64,000 nt of DNA from a virus. Its lineage: Duplodnaviria; Caudoviricetes. Below are positions 1 to 9,148 of this stretch, in pieces (the stretch's first letter is position 1; each line of letters begins with the position of its first letter). Both the position numbers and the translations under genes were made by a program. The stretch spans positions 15,320-79,319 of the IMG/VR virus record IMGVR_UViG_3300046717_000225; one strand, 5' to 3'. Under the pieces are notes generated by a model that was not told the DNA's origin, ran no database searches, and saw nothing but the letters and a program-made list of their open reading frames with translations.

Positions 1-449
1 ACCACCCGCTGAAGTGCGGCACGGTACGCGGCATTGATCTTGCCGTCGTACTCGGAGGCGGTTTCGAGCGCGCGCCGGGCCACGAAGGTGAACGACGCCC
101 GGCCGCTCTCGCTCCAGGTGGCCAGGGCGGAGACGACCGCCGGGCCGTCCGGAGCCCAGCCGAGGGTGGTGATGTCACTCTCCTGAGGGACGACGGACCG
201 GCCCGTCTGCACGACGAGGTAGCGGCCGTCCCGGTCCTGGAAGACGCGGATCTCCATCCACCGGCAGGTGGAGCAGTGCTGTCCCTTGGCTGCATGCGGG
301 GGGAAGGGGTGCTTGTGGAAGGGCCGGTGGCTGGAGCCGAGGCCGAGGAAGTCACCGGCCAGTGCGGCCTCCGTCCCGTACCGGTCGGTCAGCTCCCAGT
401 GGCCGGCCTGGCCGGCCTCGGTGAACGGGGGCAGTGCGGTGTCCGGCAT
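1..449 (-). CDS. hypothetical protein (3'-truncated by window edge)
   Basis: Manual translation MPDTALPPFTEAGQAGHWELTD...CSTCRWMEIRVF...; GGAG RBS before ATG at 449; frame open to base 1. Confidence 0.6.
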   Translation of the reverse strand, partial: MPDTALPPFTEAGQAGHWELTDRYGTEAALAGDFLGLGSSHRPFHKHPFPPHAAKGQHCSTCRWMEIRVFQDRDGRYLVVQTGRSVVPQESDITTLGWAPDGPAVVSALATWSESGRASFTFVARRALETASEYDGKINAAYRAALQRV

Positions 450-560
450 GGTCGTGTCTCCTCGGTCCGTGGTCTCGTCCTTGACGAGCGTACCCAGAGG
501 CACAGTCATCGCCCCGCTTCAGGGGTGTGATGCATGGTCATTGCTCCTTGGTCGGGTGAG

Positions 561-1085
561 TCATTTGGTCTGTTCGCGCCGCTTCCTCTTGTACCGGCGC
601 ATCCTCGCGTTGTAACAAGATCGGCATCGTAGCCGGTACCCTTCCGGACGCCCGGCGCTCTTCTCTTTGAAGACGTTCGCCCTTGTCAGCTTGTGTCCGT
701 ACCTACAGGACTCCCGGGGAGCCCGTACGGGGACTTCCTTCACCCCCTCGAACTTCGGGACCCTGTTGAGCTTCCTACGCCCTACAGGGGCTCTGCGCAG
801 GTTGACCAGTTGGGTCACAGGCTCCAGGTGCCACGGGTTCCAGCACGCTCGGTTCCGGCACAGATGATCTATCTGGAGTCCCTCCGGTATGTCCGCCCGC
901 ATCGTGGCGTATGCAAAGCGGTGCACTCCCATGGTGCGACCCTCGTGCTTCAGAACTGCATACCCCGAGGGCTGGTTGGCCGGGACGGTCCAGCACAGAG
1001 GCCCCAAGCCCCTGACCAAACAAATTGCAGGGGTGGATCGGGCAGCCAGAAGTCCAATCCGTCCAAGTGCGTTCTGTCGGGCCAT
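561..1085 (-). CDS. HNH endonuclease with C-terminal Cys/His domain
   Basis: HRFAY...IDHLCRNRACWNPWHLEPVTQLVN (HNH_3-type) plus CRYGH...CRSC. Confidence 0.8.
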   Translation of the reverse strand: MARQNALGRIGLLAARSTPAICLVRGLGPLCWTVPANQPSGYAVLKHEGRTMGVHRFAYATMRADIPEGLQIDHLCRNRACWNPWHLEPVTQLVNLRRAPVGRRKLNRVPKFEGVKEVPVRAPRESCRYGHKLTRANVFKEKSAGRPEGYRLRCRSCYNARMRRYKRKRREQTK

Positions 1086-1119
1086 ACGTTGGGTATACCC
1101 CGATAGACAAAAACAAACC
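1071..1119. promoter_or_regulatory. divergent sigmaB/SigF-type promoters sharing palindrome GGGTATACCC
   Basis: Minus: GGTTT(1119-1115)-N14-GGGTAT(1100-1095); plus: GTTC(1071)-N16-GGGTAT(1091). Confidence 0.6.
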
Positions 1120-1138
1120 CGACCAAGGAGAGCAGACC

Positions 1139-1765
1139 ATGCGGATCATGGGAGTGGACCCGAGCGTCACCTGCACGGGCATCAGCCTGCCGGACGGATG
1201 GACGATGGCGGTCAAGCCCCGGAGCAAGGGGGACGACCGGCTGATGGAGCTGGCCGACAACCTGCACACCCTGGCCGTATCCAACCAAATCGAGATGGTG
1301 GTGATCGAAGGACTCGGGGGCGTCTACCAGGGCGAGGCGGCGAAGGTGATCCCCATGCTGCACGGGGCTCTGCGGCTGGAGATGAAGCGACTGCCCGTGC
1401 CGTACATGGTGCTGCTGCCGTCCAGCCTGAAGAAGTTCGCCACAGGTAACGGCTCTGCTGACAAGACCGGCATGGCGTTGGCGGCCCTCAAGCGGCTCGG
1501 CAAGGAGTATCGGACGAGCGACGAGTGCGACGCGGACTGGCTGCGGATCGCGGGCTGCTTCGCGTACGGGATGCAGGAGGCCGTGCCGACTGCCCAGGGC
1601 CGGGTCCTGAGCATGCCCCAGCCGCAGCTTCACGCTCTGCGCATGAACATGAAGCGCAAGCCGATCGTGTGGCCCGTGGTCGGGAAGAACCTCCCCTGGC
1701 ACGAGCCCGGCAAGGCCACGCTCTGCCCGGACTGCAAGGAGCGGGGCCGGATGGTCTGCGGATGA
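1139..1765 (+). CDS. ruvC: RuvC-like Holliday junction resolvase
   Basis: MRIMGVDPS, VVIEG, PSSLKKFATGNGSADK, DECDA motifs; GACCAAGGAG RBS at 1121. Confidence 0.85.
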   Translation: MRIMGVDPSVTCTGISLPDGWTMAVKPRSKGDDRLMELADNLHTLAVSNQIEMVVIEGLGGVYQGEAAKVIPMLHGALRLEMKRLPVPYMVLLPSSLKKFATGNGSADKTGMALAALKRLGKEYRTSDECDADWLRIAGCFAYGMQEAVPTAQGRVLSMPQPQLHALRMNMKRKPIVWPVVGKNLPWHEPGKATLCPDCKERGRMVCG

Positions 1766-1914
1766 GCGGGGACGGAGAGGTCGTGAAGATCGGTGCCGAG
1801 TTCCACGTCGTCCCCGAGGCAGCGGAGCGGTTCCGGGCCGCATTCCACGACCTGGTCGGGGAACTCCTGGAAGACTTCAACGACGGGGAGGTCATCGACT
1901 ACGGAGTGGACTGA
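1762..1914 (+). CDS. hypothetical protein (50 aa)
   Basis: ATGA overlap with ruvC stop; high-GC3 codons; MSGDGEVVKIGAEFH... Confidence 0.55.
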   Translation: MSGDGEVVKIGAEFHVVPEAAERFRAAFHDLVGELLEDFNDGEVIDYGVD

Positions 1915-1921
1915 ACAGAGA

Positions 1922-1958
1922 GGAGCCCCGCACCCTCGGAGGGGAGGTGCGGGGCTCC
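1922..1958. terminator. bidirectional terminator hairpin
   Basis: 13-bp perfect inverted repeat GGAGCCCCGCACC/GGTGCGGGGCTCC between convergent genes. Confidence 0.7.
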
Positions 1959-2017
1959 GGTGTCACCGGATGCTCGCGACATCCGGGAGACGTCCTGTCA
2001 CGGGCGTCTCAGGTAGC

Positions 2018-2470
2018 TCACTTGGCCGGGCTGGCGAACGGGTCGGCCGGCTCCGCCTTACGGCCCTCCAGATAGTCGCGGGCGACGGCCTTCTGCGCGT
2101 CCGTGGGCTCCTTGAGTGCCCACGGAGGCGACTGCTTGGGCTTCTTGCGGGCCTCGTCCTGGAACAGGACCCCGAGGATCATCTTGGGATAGCCGGTCTG
2201 GGGGTCCACGCCGTTCTTCTCGTTGAACGCGGCCTGACGCTTCATGGCGCCGATCAGGATCCGCTGGAACACCAACTGGTCCTCGACCTCTTCCGGTCCG
2301 TCCGGTGCGTCCAGGACGACGAAGTCCACCCGGACCGCGTCCGCGTCGCCGTAGGTGGTGCTGATGGACTCGACGTACTCGACCGGGGTGATGAGGAGGA
2401 GCTGTCCCTCGTACTCGGTGATGCCCGCTCCGCCGTCCGAGCCTGACTTGAACGGGTCGTCGTTGCTCAT
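2018..2470 (-). CDS. putative ssDNA-binding protein
   Basis: Beta-rich acidic 150-aa protein ending DPFASPAK, downstream of the exonuclease; function inferred from context only. Confidence 0.4.
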   Translation of the reverse strand: MSNDDPFKSGSDGGAGITEYEGQLLLITPVEYVESISTTYGDADAVRVDFVVLDAPDGPEEVEDQLVFQRILIGAMKRQAAFNEKNGVDPQTGYPKMILGVLFQDEARKKPKQSPPWALKEPTDAQKAVARDYLEGRKAEPADPFASPAK

Positions 2471-2644
2471 GAGGTCTCGCTTCCGCTTGATGTTGGTCTT
2501 GGGTTGAGCAGAGGTGCGGGGCAAGTTACACCGGCCTGAGCCTATGACCCCTGCCCCGCTGTTCTGTTGTTGATCCGTGCAGGGCCGCTCGTAGATCCGA
2601 GCGCCTCCGGGGAGTGGTTTGACCCGTCCTGCGGTACCTGAAGT

Positions 2645-2669
2645 GTACCCTGAACGATTTCCTTAAACC
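2645..2669 (-). promoter_or_regulatory. sigmaB/SigF-type promoter
   Basis: GGTTT-N14-GGGTAC on minus strand upstream of 2470. Confidence 0.6.
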
Positions 2670-2672
2670 GCC

Positions 2673-3851
2673 TCAGGCACCCTGTTCCGTGAACGACTTG
2701 AGCTTGTCCTGCATGAGCTGGACGAGCGCGTTCACCTCGGCCACGGGCGTCCGGGCGGCGACCGCTTCCTGGTACACGGCGGAGGCCTCGGCCCGGCTCG
2801 TGACGGCCCGTGCCTTGTCGGCCAGGGTGACGGGGCGGCTGGCCGGAGCAGGCCGGGAGACGGGCGCCTGTGGCTCCGGGTGCAGCCGGTCCGGTCCGGG
2901 GTCCACGGCCACGTCCGCAACTTCGAGCGGGGTGGCCAGCTTGCGCTCCTTGCGCCAGGAGCGGACCTGAGCGCACAGCACCGCCGCAGCCCAGCCCGCC
3001 GTCAGGTCGACCGCGTACAGGGTGGCGAGAGGTGCCTTGGTCGCGCTCCGGTCCACCGGCAGGTGCGGGACGAGGCCGATGTCCGTACGGACCTGGATCT
3101 GCACCCCGTTCGCGTCCGCCGGCCGGCCCCAGGTGCGCGTGCCCCAGTCCCAGACGCCGGAGGTGTTCAGGCCCTGGGAGTAGAGCGCGAGCTGGATGGC
3201 GATCTCCTGCCAGCCGTAGCTCAGGTCCGCGCCCGTCTTAAGATCACCTAGGATGTACTCGCCCGCGTACAGGGTGACCGGCCGTCCGTTGAGGCTGATG
3301 GTGATGTCCCGGGTGACCCGGTACACCCGGTCCGCCGTACCCCCGATGTCGTACTGGACGACGCCCGTGCTGAACTCGATCAGTCCGGGGACGGGTTCGA
3401 GCCCGAAGTCCTGGAGCACGGCCGCGTACGCCTCCACCGTGGGCACGAACTCCTCGGGCACGGTCTTGAGTTCGACCTCCATGCCGACCAGGGTCTTGTC
3501 CCGCTGCTCCGTGTAGGCGTGCACGGCCGTGCCCTTGTTGGCCGCGATCTTGTCTCCGGCAGCCTTCTTCGCCTCGTCGACCAGACCGTTCATCCGGTCC
3601 TTGTCGGCCTTGACTTCGAGCGTGCCGGCGGCGGCCGTCAGGTCGGAGCGGATCGAGGCACCCTTGAGCACCATCCGCTGGCTCCACATGGACAGGGCGT
3701 ACGTGTCCTGGATGGACTTGCAGAAGGTGGTGGCCCGGGTCCAGTTGACCTTCTTGCCGGTGACCGGGTGGAGCATCTTGTACCGGCCGTAGTTGTCGTA
3801 CTTCTCCGACTGGTTCACGGCCTGCTTGGGGGTGCTGAAGGCGTCAGTCAC
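2673..3851 (-). CDS. PD-(D/E)XK RecB/Cas4-family exonuclease
   Basis: KGTAVHAYTE, GGTADRVY, GDLKTG, QLALYS motifs; GTG start at 3851 overlaps the stop (3844) of the upstream alternative frame. Confidence 0.8.
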   Translation of the reverse strand: MTDAFSTPKQAVNQSEKYDNYGRYKMLHPVTGKKVNWTRATTFCKSIQDTYALSMWSQRMVLKGASIRSDLTAAAGTLEVKADKDRMNGLVDEAKKAAGDKIAANKGTAVHAYTEQRDKTLVGMEVELKTVPEEFVPTVEAYAAVLQDFGLEPVPGLIEFSTGVVQYDIGGTADRVYRVTRDITISLNGRPVTLYAGEYILGDLKTGADLSYGWQEIAIQLALYSQGLNTSGVWDWGTRTWGRPADANGVQIQVRTDIGLVPHLPVDRSATKAPLATLYAVDLTAGWAAAVLCAQVRSWRKERKLATPLEVADVAVDPGPDRLHPEPQAPVSRPAPASRPVTLADKARAVTSRAEASAVYQEAVAARTPVAEVNALVQLMQDKLKSFTEQGA

Positions 3852-5369
3852 TGGCGCAGTCCTCGTGCTCGTACCGCCCGAGTCCCCGGCCGTCCGCCCG
3901 GATACGGTCCCCGGGCTCGATGTGGTACTCGTCGCAGCCGGAGCAGAAGCCTTCGTGGTCGGCCTCGAACCAGGGGCCGGGACCGTCGTCGGGTCCGGAC
4001 CGGTCCGGGGTGCTGAAGGGGTCGACCGGGGGCCGGGGTTCGGGGTGCTGGGTGAGGTGGTTCCGGAAGCGCGGTCCCGCCGGGGGACCGCCCGTCCCGT
4101 CTGATCCGTGCATGTGACCTCCTCGGTCAGGTTGGTGAGAGGGCCGCTCCGTCCGAGATACGGACCGGGGGTGACGATCGCGGCCAGGACGGCCGTCCGG
4201 GACTCGTGCTCGGCCAGCCGGTAGACGAGCTTGTCCAGCGGAGCCTTGGCCGTGTGCCGGACGAAGAACGCGCCTTCGTCCAGGTCGGACAGGCGGGCCT
4301 CGGTCGGGTGCTGGGGGCGGCAGCTCGGGGTTACACCGCACGTGTCCGGGCAACGGCTGCCGCCCCCGGCTGCGGAGCACGTCCAGACGACGTGCCGGGC
4401 CAGGACCGAGCCGTCCGGCTCGAACCGCTCGGCCAGCGGGGTGACCTCGTGCCCGCACTCCCAGCACTCCGGGTTGTCCTCGGCGAGGCGCCGGACACCC
4501 TCCGGCATCTTGGCCCGGATGTCCGGTGGGCAGTGCCAGTCAGCCGGGCCGGGCTCGATCCGCCCGTGCACCGGGCAGTCGGCCGCCGGGCCCTCCAGGT
4601 CTCCCGGACTGGTCGTGCAGGTGCATGGGTCGATCAGCCCGCAGTGCTTGCACGCGGTCACGACCGTGTCCTGGCCGTCCTCGTCCTGGTCGACCTCCGG
4701 GCCCCACTCGTGATCGCACAGCTCGGGCGACCGGGGCAGGCCGAGTTCCCGGCTCGCGGTCTCGTCCATGCGCCGGGCCGTCTCCAGTTTCTGTTCGGGC
4801 GTCCGACGTCCGAGGATCTCGACTGCTGCGGCCGTCAGCCGGGACATCTTCTCGGCGTCGGTCTCCGGCCCGGCCGGGGGCGCGAACCGGTCCAGGTCGT
4901 CCGTCCGGTCGTGGGGCAGGTCGACCACCTCGGTCGGCCGGATCGTCCCGTTCCGGGCCTCGCCCGCGAACACGTCCCCGAGGGAGGGCACCGGGCACAG
5001 GATCTTCTCCCACAGCTCCTCGGTCCAGCCGATCGTGTCGTTCCGCACCCCGTCCGCGTCCAGAGCGATCGGGTGGTCGGACCCGCCTATGCACTGCTCG
5101 TCCTGGCCGTTCAGGTGGGAGCGGGCCCGGTGGTTCGCGGTGAGCTGGACCTCGTGCCCGCAGCCCCCGGGTCCGGCAGGCACCCGGCACAGGAACCGGA
5201 CGGGTCCGGCCTGTTCCGCCTTGGGCTTCTGGCCCGAGCCGGGGCAGGCCGGGTTGTCCGGGCCGACCCTCTTCCCGTTCGCCGCGTGGACACGCAGGCC
5301 GCCGGTCGCGGTGATGCTCACGTCGGTCCGTGTGCAGCCCGTGCACGCGCCCTTACTGGCCTCAGTCAT
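3844..5369 (-). CDS. Cys-rich multi-zinc-finger protein, probably with a -1 frameshift near 4083-4090
   Basis: RBS+ATG at 5369 (MTEASKGACTGC); many CxxC motifs; codon bias moves to the -1 frame, which encodes CSGCDEYHIEPGDRI...HEDC and stops at 3844. Confidence 0.55.
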
Positions 5370-5631
5370 TGCTCTCCTTGAACGGGTCGACCGGCTCGGG
5401 GGCGGGCTCGTCACAGCTCCAGCACGTGTCCGGCTGGTAGTCCTTGAACTCGTGCTCGCACGTCATGCGCCGGACCACGTTCTCAGCTGCTTCCCTGACG
5501 TTCCCCAGGGCCCGGCTGTCCAGCTCGGCCGTCTCGTACGGGACGTCCAGGCCATGAGCCGCACGGCCGAGCACCTGGAACGCCTTGACGATCTCCTCCC
5601 GGACGATGGTCCGGATCTCCTCCTTGGTCAT
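5362..5631 (-). CDS. hypothetical protein (C-terminal CEH...CWSC)
   Basis: MTKEEIRTIVREE...; ATGA overlap with upstream gene. Confidence 0.6.
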   Translation of the reverse strand: MTKEEIRTIVREEIVKAFQVLGRAAHGLDVPYETAELDSRALGNVREAAENVVRRMTCEHEFKDYQPDTCWSCDEPAPEPVDPFKESND

Positions 5632-5963
5632 GATCCGTCCCCCAGTACCCATCCCCAGCCGAAGCCGCCGAGCCGGTCCAGCTTGGCCGTGTGGCGCTTC
5701 TCGGCGGTTTCCTGCGCAGAGGGCAGGGCCTCTTCCTGGATCAGGGCGTCGATCACGTCCCGGAGGTCGTGCAGCTCGTCCAGCATCTTGGCCTGGTTGG
5801 GTGCGCTCAGCACCTCACCGACCTCCTCGGCCAGCTTGAGCCGGAGCAGGAGCTTCCTCTCCGTGCCCTCTGCCCGGCGGAACGTCCAGTCCCGGGGAAT
5901 ATCCCCCGGTTCCAGTTCACCCGCCTGGTGCAGTGCGGGGATGTGGTCACGTACGATCTTCAC
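5628..5963 (-). CDS. MazG-like/PRA-PH-like NTP pyrophosphohydrolase
   Basis: KIVRDHIP...KLAEEVGEV...DELHDLRDVIDAL...RLGGF pattern. Confidence 0.75.
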   Translation of the reverse strand: MKIVRDHIPALHQAGELEPGDIPRDWTFRRAEGTERKLLLRLKLAEEVGEVLSAPNQAKMLDELHDLRDVIDALIQEEALPSAQETAEKRHTAKLDRLGGFGWGWVLGDGS

Positions 5964-5977
5964 GGTCTCCTCCTTGG

Positions 5978-6193
5978 TCAGTCCCGGTCGGGGCAGGGCC
6001 CCAGGTTCTCCTGCATGGACCGTGGCATCAGGTCCCAGGCGAGCCGTACTGCTTCGGCCAGGACCCGGGCATCTACTGGGTCCACGTCCTCCACGTCATC
6101 GACTTCGAGAGTGCCGCTCACGTGATGCCAGATGCCTTCCTCACCGATCGCGTCCGCCATGCGCACGATCAGCCACGCTTCGTCCTTGGTCAT
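5978..6193 (-). CDS. hypothetical protein
   Basis: 71 aa; strong RBS GACCAAGGAGGAG; first gene after the 6213-6250 promoter. Confidence 0.65.
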   Translation of the reverse strand: MTKDEAWLIVRMADAIGEEGIWHHVSGTLEVDDVEDVDPVDARVLAEAVRLAWDLMPRSMQENLGPCPDRD

Positions 6194-6212
6194 CCCTCTC
6201 CTCCTTGGTCGG

Positions 6213-6250
6213 TTTAGTTAAACCATACCCTGCCTGGTCCTACGCGAACC
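6213..6250 (-). promoter_or_regulatory. sigmaB-type promoter with overlapping TTTAGNTAAA operator-like palindrome
   Basis: GGTTC-N15-GGGTAT followed by TTTAACTAAA (6222-6213). Confidence 0.65.
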
Positions 6251-7928
6251 GGTCGATCTTCCGGGACGCCAGGCTGACCGAGATGAGATCGCCCACCTCG
6301 CCGGCGCGCGCACCCTCGGGCACGTCCTGCCCGAGCCGTGCAGCGTAGTTCACCTGTGCCTCGGACGCCTTCTTCTTCCGCCAGCTCGCGCCCTTGCCGG
6401 TATTGATCGCGCTCCGCTCCTCGGCCTCGGACTCCCCCCAGGCCATGGCCATGCTCAGTTCCAGGCCCGTGTGCAGCCTCTGCCACGGCACCTTGCGCTC
6501 GGCCGGCGCCCAGACGACGTCCCACAGGCCCTCGGCCGGCCAGAGCAGGATCTCACCCGCACCCCCGAGCGGGATGAACTGCACGCCCTTGGCCGTGCGC
6601 AGCCACTGGTAGGCCGGGCTGGACTTGAACAGGTCCAGATCCTTGGTCTTGAGCTGGAGACGGAGCGGACGGGCCTTCTCCTTCCCGTTCAGGCTCTCGC
6701 GGATCTCCTCCTGCCGCTCGTACGCCTCGGCCAGGGACTCGCCGTCCAGCACGGGGACGATGACCTCCGGCTCCAGGTCGATCAGGGTCCGGATCGAGCC
6801 GCCCTGGCCGGAGAGGAAGAGGATCAGGGCGTCGGTCTTGCCCGTGGCCGGGGACGGCCGGAGCACCCGGCCCATCATCTGAATCGCCAGCGTTTCATTG
6901 CTCGTCGGCCGGGCGATGACCGCACAGTCCGCATACGGGAAATCGGCCCCTTCTGTCAAAACCATACAATTGACGACAACTCGGACATTCCCGGTCCGGA
7001 AGCCCTCGTACAGGGCGAGGCGCTCCGGACGGGGCGTGCCCCCGTGGACGATGCCCGCAGTGATCCCGGCCGCGTTCAGGGTCTGTGCCGTCTCCTGGGC
7101 CAGCGCGACCGTGGGCGTGAAGACCAGGATCGACCGGCGTCCGGCCGCATGCTTCTCGATCACCTGCCGGATCACCTCGGGGGCGCCGGCGTCCTGCATG
7201 GCCTGGCCGAGATCCTTGACCTGGTAGTCGCCCTTGCTCCGCTTGACGGACTTGAGGTCAAGGTTCTCCAGGTCGATCTGCTGCGCCCGGACGTCGGTCA
7301 GGAAGCCGTCGGCGATCATCTTGAGGACGGAGCGGGTGAACACGACGTCCTGCCAGACGTCACCGAGGCCGCGTCCGTCGCCCCGGGCGAGCGTGGCCGT
7401 GAAGCCGACCGCGACCGTTCCGCTGTCCGGGTCGTAGCAGCCGAACGCGGCCATCACGTTCCGGTAGCTGTCCGCGACCGCGTGGTGACACTCGTCAACG
7501 ATCACCAGCCCCACAGGTCCCGCGTACGCCTGCGCGTCGAGGAGTTGGGCCGCCCGGCTGGGCCGGGCCAGGGTCTGGACGGAGCAGACCATGACGTCGG
7601 CGGTGACTTCGTTGTCCTCGGCCTTGACCTTGCCGACGGACAGTTCGGGGGCGACTGCGCGCAGCTTGTTCAAAGCTTGATCGCACAGTTCGTCTCTGTG
7701 GACGAGCACGACCACCCGGGCCCGGCCGGAGGGCCGGACCTTGAGCGTGTCCAGCGGCCCGGTCTGCGCGTCGATGAAGTGCCGGGCGACATGGGCGAAA
7801 ACGACCGTTTTGCCCGATCCGGTCGGGAGCACGATCGCCGGCCGCTGCATGCCCTCGCGCCAGGCGGTGAACAGGCGCTCGATCGCTTCTACTTGATACG
7901 ACCTGGGATAGAGCAGGGTCTGGGTCAT
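6240..7928 (-). CDS. SF2 DEAD/DEAH-box helicase
   Basis: LPTGSGKT, DECHH, GFTAT, QMMGRVLR; start MTQTLLYPRSYQ by ATGA overlap (the 694-aa track ORF is over-extended). Confidence 0.9.
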   Translation of the reverse strand: MTQTLLYPRSYQVEAIERLFTAWREGMQRPAIVLPTGSGKTVVFAHVARHFIDAQTGPLDTLKVRPSGRARVVVLVHRDELCDQALNKLRAVAPELSVGKVKAEDNEVTADVMVCSVQTLARPSRAAQLLDAQAYAGPVGLVIVDECHHAVADSYRNVMAAFGCYDPDSGTVAVGFTATLARGDGRGLGDVWQDVVFTRSVLKMIADGFLTDVRAQQIDLENLDLKSVKRSKGDYQVKDLGQAMQDAGAPEVIRQVIEKHAAGRRSILVFTPTVALAQETAQTLNAAGITAGIVHGGTPRPERLALYEGFRTGNVRVVVNCMVLTEGADFPYADCAVIARPTSNETLAIQMMGRVLRPSPATGKTDALILFLSGQGGSIRTLIDLEPEVIVPVLDGESLAEAYERQEEIRESLNGKEKARPLRLQLKTKDLDLFKSSPAYQWLRTAKGVQFIPLGGAGEILLWPAEGLWDVVWAPAERKVPWQRLHTGLELSMAMAWGESEAEERSAINTGKGASWRKKKASEAQVNYAARLGQDVPEGARAGEVGDLISVSLASRKIDRFA

Positions 7929-8314
7929 CGCCTGAACACCCACCATCCGTCGTAGCCGGCGGGCACGGCCGGGAAGTTCTCCAGCATCGGCCGGAGCAGG
8001 TCCGGGTACGGGTTCACGTACGGCAGGGACGGATCGGTCCACAGCCGTTCCCCGTCCCAGCGGGCCACACAGTTCGCGCCGTAGCGGGCCGTCCCGATCC
8101 GGTCCAGGAAGTCGGCCGTGTCCCGCACGCTGGGCATGTGGTCCCACAGGATTCCCGCGCAGGCCACGGTGACGCCCGCCCGGCGCCGGAACCAGACGGC
8201 CTGCATGGTCACGCTGCCGTGCAGGCTGATGTCCAGGCTCATGGTCTTGACCGCGTACGGCTTCTTGCTGATGAGGAACGCGTCCGTGCGCTCCATGCCC
8301 TCGGGCCGGCTCAC
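7925..8314 (-). CDS. hypothetical protein
   Basis: GTGA/ATGA overlaps at both ends. Confidence 0.6.
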   Translation of the reverse strand: MSRPEGMERTDAFLISKKPYAVKTMSLDISLHGSVTMQAVWFRRRAGVTVACAGILWDHMPSVRDTADFLDRIGTARYGANCVARWDGERLWTDPSLPYVNPYPDLLRPMLENFPAVPAGYDGWWVFRR

Positions 8315-8394
8315 CTGCGCCCACCCCACCCCGTGCCCAGGCCGACGGCCAGGCAGGCGAGCAGCAGAAGCACTGCGATGATCAGATTGGTCAC
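8311..8394 (-). CDS. small membrane peptide (27 aa)
   Basis: MTNLIIAVLLLLACLAVGLGTGWGGRR; fills gap exactly with GTGA overlaps. Confidence 0.45.
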   Translation of the reverse strand: MTNLIIAVLLLLACLAVGLGTGWGGRR

Positions 8395-8969
8395 TGGTCC
8401 TCGGTTCCCTTCAGGGGATTGTCCGTGTGGGTCCGGGCCCACATCTGCATGAGGTGCCGGGCGGTGTGCACGGCCTCCGGAGAGGAACTGGGGAAGGTGC
8501 CGGTCCGCATCCAGCCGCAGGAGCAGGCAGCGGCCCAGACGCCCTCGGGCAGGCCCGTGTCCAGGGCCGTGGAGACCGTGTGGCCGGGCGGGACTGCCCC
8601 CTCCTGAGGGTTCTCCCGGTGCGTCCGGACCCACCGGTCGATCAGGTGCTGGATGTAGTTGACCGCCTCAGGGGCGGAGTTGTGGAAATGACCGCTCTTG
8701 ACCCAGTCGCAGGAGCACGCCACGGACCAGGAACCCCCGGGCCCGGCCGGGTCCATAGTCAGTGAGGTGGCCAGGGTGTGGCCGGGCGGGTCCGGGGAGG
8801 GTTCGGCCTCTGCTCCCGGCCGGCCGAGCCAGCCCGGATGCGCGCCCCGCCGGTCGACCAGACGGTCCTGGCCCCTGAACGCTTCGAGCAGCAGGGCCCG
8901 GCAGACCGTACAGTCCAGCTCCTGGCCCGTGCGGTCCTGGCCGTCCAGGCAGGTGTGCTTGAAGATCAC
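8391..8969 (-). CDS. hypothetical protein with two tandem ~60-aa H-CSCxW-H repeats
   Basis: PPGHT...WSVACSCDW...WVRTH and PPGHT...WAAACSCGW...WARTH. Confidence 0.65.
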   Translation of the reverse strand: MIFKHTCLDGQDRTGQELDCTVCRALLLEAFRGQDRLVDRRGAHPGWLGRPGAEAEPSPDPPGHTLATSLTMDPAGPGGSWSVACSCDWVKSGHFHNSAPEAVNYIQHLIDRWVRTHRENPQEGAVPPGHTVSTALDTGLPEGVWAAACSCGWMRTGTFPSSSPEAVHTARHLMQMWARTHTDNPLKGTEDQ

Positions 8970-9148
8970 CGCTTCCTCCCCTGCTGAAGCAGGCGGCCGG
9001 CTATGGCACTCATCTCGTCCGCGATCAGGTCCACGGTGTCCTGACCCAGCTTCCTCACCAGGTCGTCCGGCTCCCATCCGTTCAGGTTCCCGATCAGCAT
9101 CAGCCCGGCCTGGCGCTTCGCCTCTTTCTTGATCTCCTCCTCGGTCAC
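8966..9148 (-). CDS. hypothetical protein
   Basis: MTEEEIKKEAKRQAG...; GTGA overlaps. Confidence 0.55.
   Translation of the reverse strand: MTEEEIKKEAKRQAGLMLIGNLNGWEPDDLVRKLGQDTVDLIADEMSAIAGRLLQQGRKR

Noticed and set aside
2673-5414. Single 913-aa Cas4-like protein or CRISPR adaptation locus
   Set aside because: No cas1/cas2 or repeat-spacer array anywhere; this is a phage RecB-family exonuclease, and the long frame is partly off-frame by codon bias
6240-8324. 694-aa helicase with long N-terminal extension
   Set aside because: The extension overlaps a better-supported gene (7925-8314) in another frame; ATGA coupling places the start at 7928
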